From Chrysomallon squamiferum (taxonomy: Eukaryota; Animalia; Mollusca), in the NCBI GenBank assembly GCA_012295275.1, contig CM022673.1, forward strand, positions 28,582,001 to 28,646,000: a stretch of 64,000 nucleotides of DNA. Direction: 5' to 3'. The translations under genes and the position numbers were made by a program. The notes beneath the pieces are model-generated. The model had not been told where the DNA came from, did not search any database, and worked only from the letters and a program-made list of their open reading frames with translations. Positions 54,853 to 64,000 of this stretch are shown piece after piece. Positions within the stretch are counted from its first letter, which is position 1; the number at the start of each line of letters is the position of its first letter.

Positions 54853-55736
54853 GTAGTTACTAGTGAACCAATTAGTTTTATTGTAGCTTTCTGGCGTCGT
54901 GTGCTTCCTCCTTCTCCAGCAGGAGAGAGTTTGGCGAGCGGATGAGTAGCCACTTCTCCGGCCATTCGCTCGATCCTGTGCCAAGGAAATTTTGCTCACT
55001 CGACCCAGTTTTGTCTTCGTTTGTGTTTCAGCGATTTTGGAAAAGTGCAGACGAGCTCACTTGTAAAATGACAGAAAATAGCTGTGAAAGAAGATAATAA
55101 TCGATATAATTGACATTTAGAAGATGAATAATAATAATCAAATGCAACATTCGTACTTATTTTAGATAAATTTGCTTCACAGGAATTTGTGTATTTGTCT
55201 GCGTATATATATATATATTTATTTATTTATTTATTTATTTATTTATTCGTTCATTCATTCATTCATTCTAGATTTTTTTTTTTCTTGAATGACAACGCCT
55301 TACCCCACCCCTCTTTTCTGAAACCCTGGCACCGCCCCTATCGAACTACAGTTTATAAACTTCCAGTACGTCGGTGCTTTGATATCTGGAGACTTCATAA
55401 ACAAACAGTTACGTACGCGAAGACAAACTTCTGAGTAGCAGACCGGATCACAGTATATGTTATTGCATCCAGTGATTAAATTATTGTGCAAAAAAAATAC
55501 CATTAGCGTATGCGATGTTCTACAACAGCACACGCCACTGTGTATGTTAAATCGTGGTAAATCACAATTACTGCCTGGCAGTGTTTATTTTAGTACGTCA
55601 TAATATGACCCGAAGAGCAATTTTTCAGTGTTTATCTTTGCTTCTGTGTTTCAAGAGGAAGCCAGATCGGTTAGTGAGTCGAGAATGTACAACTCGTTTT
55701 TTTTTTTTTTTTTGGACAAGACTGAAATTATGAATG

Positions 55737-55840
<104 letters not shown>

Positions 55841-57556
55841 TCTATATAGATATATATTCCTCTTTTTTGCCGTCATTTATTATTTATTTATTGATTTATT
55901 TTATTTTATTTTAGTTTAGTTTAGTTTATTTTAGTTTAGTTTATTTTATTTACCTTAATTACTGATCAACTAATACCTTTCTATAATTTTTAGTAAGCTC
56001 AGACATTCTTAGCGCTGTTTTTACGTACGAAACGCTGTATAATTTGGTCGTTCCAATTCAGAATGAATGTTTGACATGGTTTGTCGTGACCATCAGAATC
56101 GCAGATAAGACAGACTACTTGAAAGAACCTAAGCGACCTTCGCCGATACATCAGCATGTGTCGAAGATCTTGCTTCTGAAAGTCCATGCGGGGGCAAATT
56201 CTTCAAATAGCTTGCGACACTTAAAATATAAAACAACGGAAGACCCGGTACAATCAATACAATCATTCGGACGATGACTCTGCATTGCAGACGACAATTA
56301 TGACTGTCGGTGTTAAATAATTCAGAATAACTCTGAAACGAGTCACCAACCTTCCTAATATGTTTTAATCGGTCAAAGACTGAAACGTTTTTTTTTTTTT
56401 TTTTTCATTACTTATCTTCTGACGATGTCTGTTCTGCGATTTGGAGACTTTTGAACTTTTCGGTGTATCTGGTCTTGAAGAAATAATGAAGTAAATGTAG
56501 TGGCAGTTGATAAATGCAATCGTTGATCTCGTGGTGATGTCGATGGGTCGTGGTTAATACAGGAAGTCATCATCTGATAGCTTCGCCGTTTATCTGGATC
56601 CAAGCATAACACAAACGAATTACTGAAACAAATTCGGTGATGGTTGATGTATGTCGTTGTCACTGATAAATGGAATGGTGTTTGGTAAATGCAGTCGTCG
56701 TTGGTAAAACTATATTGGTATTTGGTAAATGAATGATCACTGCAAAATGGAATTGTAAAAAATTAAAGGGTTTTTGATAAGTGTAATGGACTTTGGCAAA
56801 AATAACCGACAAAGGTAAATGTGATTATCATTTGAGTTTGTAAACTGTCCCTGTCCTTCTCATCCTGATCATCATTATTCTTATCATCATCATTATCATT
56901 TTCTATTACATTCATCATCATCATCGACATTAGTTTTCTGGAAATAAAAGTAAAAGAAAATGGTATTAGAATATCATTTTCTACGACTGTGTAGGATACT
57001 GAAATTTAATTAGCTAAAAGAAAAAATTTAAATTAAGTTCGGTGACATTTAAAATGCATTAGCTATTTTATATATTTTATTTATTTCTTTTTTTTTAAAT
57101 ATTTTTTTGTTATATGTCAAACTATATAATGATAATAAAAATAATTTAAAAAAAACATGGAGTTAATAAAATATGAACACAATGTTATTAATGCAGGGGT
57201 GTATTCTGAATCTAAGGGAAAAAAAGAAACATCATCATTACGTTATCTTATAACTTTTGAGATCAAATTAGATTTGTTAATAAAGGGAAAAAAACAAACA
57301 TCGACTGGTTAAAAATGAAACGAGATTAGTTCTTTCTAAGAAGCATTTTTTTATAGTGAGTAGTTTTGTAATATAAAATACTGCTTTAAAAAACAAATTA
57401 AAAAAAAAGCAAACGAAACAAGACAACAGTTGTAATACAGTATATAAAGTAGTAAAAAAAAGAAGATCAAAATGAATTTTTTTATTTCATTATTAGTAGT
57501 AGTTTTAGTCTTATTATTAGTATTAGATATATCAGTATTTTATTATTCTCATTATC

Positions 57557-57558
<2 letters not shown>

Positions 57559-57622
<64 letters not shown>

Positions 57623-57658
57623 TTCATTATTATTATTAGTAGTAGTAGTAGTAGTAGT
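57559..57658. repeat. (ATT)n-(AGT)n microsatellite
   Basis: Direct reading. Confidence 0.92.
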
Positions 57659-58374
57659 ATTTCATATATATGCATTGTTATTCTTTAATAGCTTCTTTTC
57701 GTCCTATTTATTTGACCAGTAGTCTACGACTAAAATAAAAAGTACAAACGAAGAACAAAACCACACGTACACATATTTAAAAGTTCGTACAAAACTTCTT
57801 TCTTTCCTTTTATATTATTTATCACTTTCTTCTTTTTTTTAAACTTTTTATTTGTTTAAACGGACAAAATTGCTTCAGCTTTTCAGAACAACAAACACGC
57901 GAAGGAGCCAGTGACGAAATAATCTTCATCACTTTATTATTTATGGCTTTTCCCCAAGCCACAAATAACCAATATTGTCACCACTGACATAGTTCTCTTA
58001 ATTTCTATTGATCCTATCTGTAAGGGTGTTGCTGTTATTCTGTTTCGATGTCCATCTTCTACTAATATTAGATTCGTCTTTATTGCTTGTCAAATTTTAC
58101 GCAGTGAAAATCCACATCCATCTGTAAGAGGATGAAGCATTCATTTTTTTATTTCTCTTTTGCTTTCCTCAGACCTCTCAAACTATTAACCCCCATTAAC
58201 ATAATTATTTAATTCCATATCCATGTCTTAAACGCAATAAAAAGATGCCAGGTTGCTGCAGAAAACTGGCGTGTGTAAATGGAATTATAAGAAGGCGGTG
58301 ATGAAGGTAACAGTTGAATAATATAAAGATAAGAAATAGCTGAAAGGCAATAGTTATAAAGAATGTACGTGTTT

Positions 58375-58376
<2 letters not shown>

Positions 58377-58432
<56 letters not shown>

Positions 58433-58536
58433 ATACATGGACATATATATGTATATAGTATTTATGTACATTTATGTACGTAAGCACTTATACATGTATG
58501 TATGTATGCACATATATGTCCGTATATATGTATGTA

Positions 58537-58567
<31 letters not shown>

Positions 58568-58715
58568 GTATATCTATGCATACGTATATACGATCATAAG
58601 TACATATCATATGTACATACATGTACGTATGTGTGTTTGTACATATATATGTGTGTGTGTGTGTGCATGTATGTATGTATGCTTGTATATATGCATGTAA
58701 ATGTATATATATATA
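58377..58715. repeat. (GT)n followed by a degenerate alternating purine-pyrimidine tract
   Basis: Direct reading. Confidence 0.88.
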
Positions 58716-59572
58716 TTCTGAACAAACTGCATTCATGTAAGTTCGTACCTATCTTCAATCAAATTTCATTTTTATTTGGAGTTGTATTGCTTATGCTTAT
58801 GTTGTAATGCAATTGCGGTAGAAGACGTACATTAAATTTTTAAAAATCTCTCTCCACAATATAACCCGCATATCTGGTACAAAAAGAAAGTTTCAACACT
58901 AATTCTGTGTGCGGAATCTTCTTTTTAATGATAATTTCATTTCTGACATTTAGTGAAATGCGGGACCCATTCTTGTTGAGTTTTATTTTTAATAAAGGGA
59001 TAAATATGATTTTTAAACTTTTTTTTTTTTTTTTATTTCTTTTTTTTTTTTTTTTTTTTTTGTTATTAGTTTATTGAAATTTGAATTATTACGTTGTTTA
59101 CGTGCACATGTTTAGAAAATGAGTGGCATTTAAATTTAAGCAAAAATAAGAAACTTTAATCTCATGCATGTATGGAAAGCAACGAAATATTTAAATTTAG
59201 ACATAATAAGAAAAAATAATAATGATTTTTAAATGACAATTTCTTTTTCTTTTCTTCTTCTTTTTCTTTTTTAATAAAATTTTAAAAAAAAATGGTTGCT
59301 GAAGAAAAAAAAAAGAAAAGAAAAGAAAAGAAAAGTAAAGAAAAAAGATAATTATCAAAATTAATTTCCGCGTGCAGAAAGAAATGTGAAAATTACTGAT
59401 GCCACAGTGGCCTTTTCTGCGTTTGAATTTAATTTGTAGTGAACACGAAAAAAACGTGTCGTAGTCCCTGGTTAAGAAAAACATTAATTACTTATCACTG
59501 TCGCTGATAACTGCTTAGAAGACACCTTCAGAAATTACGCTGTGACTATATTAAACAGAAAACGTTTAACAC

Positions 59573-59623
<51 letters not shown>

Positions 59624-62600
59624 GATGATTTAAATTCAATATTATAAGACCAGAGCAAACCTGTATAGCTTTCAGCTGTATTGTTATTAACGTCGTTATA
59701 TTTAGAAATGCACGTTTTGGGAGTATGAATGTATAAGTAAGTGTGTGTGTGTGTGTTTATATGTGTGTTTCTGTATATGTTTATGTGTCTGTGTCTGTAT
59801 GTGTATAATTATGGGTATGTTTCTGTATGTGTGTTTGTATGCATGTGTATGTGGGTGGACCAACACGAGAATGGGATTTCAAAAAATAAATAAATTAATT
59901 AAATTAAATTAAATAGAATTATCAATCATATATCCTAAACTACAGAATACACCTAAAACATTTGTCATTTAATAAAGATATCAGCTACAAAATTAAAAAA
60001 GTAATCTTAACTCGAAATGGACTAGGAACAATACAACAGTACTTAACAACCGAGATTCAAACATTTATCCATATAACTGCTCTGCTTTATTTACTTATTT
60101 ACTTACTCGTTCTAATCTGAATTTTTTTAAACACACTGAAACAAGACTTTTTTTTAATTTTACCGTTTTGCCTTCTTCCCGTTTGCTTTGATTGTTTTAT
60201 CTTTCCCACTGACAAAGTATTGGTCGTCATTAATGGACACATTAAAGTCGGTGGACCGAATAAAATCGGACATAACGTCACTGGCAGAGAGATATGAAGA
60301 GATTTGCAAGACGAAGTCTCTAAATGTCATCGCGGTTGTAACAAACTCGTAAAAGGTTATTGGAATGACCAAAGCTTATCTTTCACTGTACACAACGACG
60401 TCGAATGAACGAACATGACCGAGAGATTCTCTCTGGTATACCGAATCAATATAAGTTATCTCTTAAATAAGCAGATCTCATCGAAAACAAACAAACGAAT
60501 GGCGATTGAAATAAAGTCAAAAACGTGATGAAAACCGGCTAAAGTATTGCGTTTGTTAATCGTAAATTAGCGATCGACCTTTAGAATCTTTTTTTTTTTT
60601 TTTTTTTTCTTCTTCTCCTTCATATTTTCTTTTGATAATTTTTTGTATTATTATTATTCATTCATGCTACTGTATTCTGCATATTTTGTGATTTGTTATA
60701 TTTATTTATTTTTATATTTTTGTTTTCCCTGATTGATTGATTTATTTTCGGGGATATGTATTTTCTTTTTTGTGTTTTACTTATTATTTTGTGCTGTTGT
60801 CGTTATCAGTAAATACTTTTCTGCTGTACTACCACTGCTATCACAACTATTAAACCTGCCCCTGTTACTGCTGCTGCTAATGTTACTATAACCACGATTA
60901 CTACTTCTAATAATAATTATAATCATTATAATCATAATTTTGCTATCGATTATGACAATGACATGACGAAGAAGATCTTCATATGTACAAAATATGTTTC
61001 AGTTTTCATTTTATTTTAATTTCACTTTCTAAAATTTCTTCTTTCATTCTATGTATTTAATTTTCTTTGACTTCGCCTTTTCTATTCGCCGATTCAGACA
61101 ACGAAGAACCTGTTAAAAAAAACAACTGACGACTCTGACGTTAATTCACAAAACGTCTGATCTCTGTTTCGTATACGCGTTCTCGCATCTCTTTGGCAAG
61201 CAGCTGTAATCTACGCTGAGCCCCATTGGACAAGCTTTTACACGTTTTTTTTTTTTTTTTTTTTTTTCTTCTTCTTCTCTCTCCTGCTTCTCGTCAGAGT
61301 GGGCTCACTTCTGAGGAAGACAGCGAATCCTGAGTACCGAGCAGATTAAATCAGAATGAAAATGTGTCTTGTAAGCATTCATTGTCTAACACCCTTTCAC
61401 CGAGTTCCACTCGTGGTGATAATCTAATTTGCAGCCGAGTGAGAGAGCAAATGATTATTTTTACGACTTTGCGCTGATTTGTTAAGTAACGGTGAGAGAA
61501 AAAAAATAAGAAAATGAAAAAATAAAAAAATAAAAATGTTTTAAAAAAAACAAAAAAAAAAAATTTAAAGCAGACAGAGAAGAATAATATGATGATGTAG
61601 AAGTCCGCGAGTGAAAAAGAAAAGATAATCCCAAGCTGCAGGCAGCTTTGGCTTTCCGTTCGGATCCGCCTAGTTAATTGGAATTTTATAACGTCTGTTG
61701 CGTTAGTGCCAATCTTGTCGATACTCGCAAACCCAACTAGACTGGGAACTCTGTCGTTAGCTCAGGCTGCGGCGGAGAACTACGTTCAGACTTACAAACT
61801 AACGGCGGATTGACAAGAACATGAGCAGTAGTTCCAACAGACATCGTCGTAATAATAACACGCTCGTCGAGTAATTTCAGAGAAGGATAAACAAAAAAAT
61901 ATATATTTATTTATATTTATTTATTTATTTATTTGTTTGTTTGTTAGGTAATTTATCATGGATGTCTGCGTACCGTATTAACTTTCGCTGTTTGGAATAA
62001 AATGTCCATTATTTATTTCGAGAAAAAAAAAGGATTTTTCTTTTCACACATCGCATGTTTGTGAATTTTACTCTCGGCTTCAGAGTAAATGTGCAATATC
62101 GAGCATTGATCGGTGTGTGTTCAATGGAATGTGGGAAAGAGAGAGAGAGAAAAAAAAATAGCAGAGTTTGATCGATGTTTCTAACAGTGTTTGGAAACCG
62201 CAGTCAGTGAATGGTTTACACCTGTCGTTAATGAAAAATGTTTTGAGATAACTGTCATGTCTGACACAGTGGTAGTGGATGGCTAAACACGGACACCGAT
62301 TCCACCATTTATTACAATAAATAAAAAAGAAGAATAATAACAAATAAAAGTATGCGGTTTCTTGGATTCTCAGTAATGCAAGCTCTCCACTACGTTCTCG
62401 ATAACGTTATCACATTTGCGTAAATCTCTCTCTCTTCTCTCTTGCGCTTGTGTTACGGAATTTTGTGTTTTTATCGTACATTCTTCTTCAGCATACAGTT
62501 TGCAAATTCAACAAAACATATCTGTGCTATTTAGTTTTTATTATTTTTTTTATTTTTTTTTTTTTAAATATTTATTTCCTTTATTATATCTTTTTTGTTG

Positions 62601-62823
62601 TTTTTATTGTCTTTTTTTAATTATATAAATTTTAAAAAAAAATTTTTTTTTTTTTTTTTTTTTTAAAGAAAACATTAGTTTTAATATTAGCACTGAAGAT
62701 GTCTTAATTAGTTCAACCCAAGAGCGGTTATCGATCCATCGATGTTTTATTGGCAAAAAGGAGACTGAAATAGTTTTCTTCAATGAGCGGAGTCGCGATG
62801 CCGCGTCTGATTGGAATTGAGAT

Positions 62824-62866
62824 CCCTCGTTCCCCTCGTTCCCCTCGCTCCCCTCGCTCCCCTCGC
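62824..62866. repeat. 9-bp tandem repeat (cccctcgyt) x ~5
   Basis: C-runs at 62824-26, 62832-35, 62841-44, 62850-53 and 62859-62. Confidence 0.93.
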
Positions 62867-63035
62867 GAACCAGATCCCCAAACCGGATAACCAACTGTTT
62901 GAATAGCTGAAATTAAAAAATAATAATAATAATAATAATAATAATTTTTAAAAAATTTAAAAAAAAATTCTACGTTCCCTCGTTCCCTGTTCGACGCAGG
63001 GAGGCAGGCAGGGAGTACAAATGCACATTTTCGGA

Positions 63036-63095
63036 TGACTGAGGATACGCTCTCGATGGTTGTTGTGACTGAGGATACTCTCTCGATGGTTGTTG
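63036..63095. repeat. 30-bp tandem duplication (tgactgaggatackctctcgatggttgttg x2, one mismatch)
   Basis: Direct reading. Confidence 0.95.
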
Positions 63096-63123
63096 CGGCT
63101 TCGTTGACATCGCAGTCTGTTTG

Positions 63124-63185
63124 ATGGGCGATGCAGCGGCTAATACTGTCCCCAGACTTCGGGAGACGTCTCTCTGGCTTCCAAG
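63124..63185 (+). CDS. Possible first coding exon of an unidentified plus-strand gene (MGDAAANTVPRLRETSLWLP from 63124, or MQRLILSPDFGRRLSGFQ from 63131)
   Basis: A GC-rich block ends at a strong CAAG|gtaaga donor (GT at 63186-63187) with an abrupt switch to T-rich sequence. Two ATGs in different frames are open to the donor. No homology recognised; may be UTR. Confidence 0.35.
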
Positions 63186-63607
63186 GTAAGAACTTCTTTT
63201 TATATTTTCATATTTTTATATTTTTTTTATATTTTTATATTACTCTCTGGTTTTTCTCTGTGTAGACATTTAGTGCCAAGAAGTTCGAATTTATCGATAA
63301 TTTTTTTTTTTTTTTTTTTTATTCTTAGACGTGTATTTAGTTTTATTTTATTTTTCACGTCATGCAAATGAACGGTTATCGGTTTTCTGATCAACTCTTT
63401 TTGTGAGTTTATTCATTCATTATCATTTTTTTAAAAGCATTTTTTTTTTTAATGAATTTAAGTATTAACCATGAACATACAAACAGAATACATATACATG
63501 CTAACACAAAAATGTATATATTTATCCGTTCATATTTTAGTAAATAATACATACATACAGACACATTCACACACACATTCATATGTATGTATGTACACAT
63601 ATATTTA

Positions 63608-63727
63608 CATACATACATACATATACATACATACATACATATATATACATACATACATACATACATACATACATACATACATACATACATACATACATAC
63701 ATACATACATACATACATACATACATA
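63608..63727. repeat. (ATAC)n microsatellite
   Basis: Direct reading. Confidence 0.95.
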
Positions 63728-64000
63728 ATCTATGAGTACAAACATGAACATGAATATTTATACAACCTCAAATACTGATATGCAAATAAGATCATGTTCT
63801 GAAAACAAACACGAATGGATATTTGCCATAACATTTTCTATTTTCACACAGTCACAAATTTCATGTAAGATTTCATCCTGCAATTAATTTCTGTTCTCTA
63901 TTACATGTAGTCATATCATCATGAATGTGATTATTTTTATTTATGTAAATGAGCGTGTGTGATTTATATGATCTGTAAATAAACCATTTCTCTGAAGCAT

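Noticed and set aside
57194-59953. TIR pair caggggtgtattctg / cagaatacacc
   Set aside because: Only 11 bp match, the right end is incomplete, and there is no target-site duplication or transposase.
60160-60372. 70-aa minus-strand ORF with natural-looking composition and nearby donor-like sites
   Set aside because: No convincing acceptor, partner exon or recognisable homology.
63141-63150. taatactgtc matching the 5' end of miR-8
   Set aside because: The match stops after 10 nt and there is no hairpin partner.

Overview
AT-rich, microsatellite-saturated eukaryotic genomic DNA with GT-AG spliceosomal introns. It is an invertebrate animal; the sulfotransferase sequence and repeat spectrum suggest a mollusc or other lophotrochozoan (inference). 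Almost every ORF in the supplied track is a microsatellite artefact. Hand-splicing recovers two minus-strand genes. (1) A complete 290-aa cytosolic sulfotransferase with six coding exons (33925 to 28228, all phases consistent). It has an atypical PAPS-binding loop (GMPRSGHHW) and a degenerate dimerisation motif. (2) The 5' part of a secreted or type-I membrane proteoglycan-like gene: a signal-peptide exon (22246-22336), an ~18-kb intron, a 255-nt exon encoding an acidic Ser-Gly glycosaminoglycan-attachment cluster plus candidate sulfotyrosines (4106-4360), and a 45-nt micro-exon (745-789); it runs off the left edge. The right third holds weaker evidence for a plus-strand unit: a CpG-rich promoter/leader ending at a donor near 47021 and an exon ending at a strong donor at 63185. 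The most unusual signals concern splicing: microsatellites directly abut several acceptors, complementary (TTA/TTG)n and (AAT/AAC)n tracts bracket exons, and AG|GT recursive-splice-like junctions lie at and near the GAG exon. I recognised no tRNA, rRNA, CRISPR array or intact transposon. No new biological system can be demonstrated from sequence alone; the findings are testable hypotheses.
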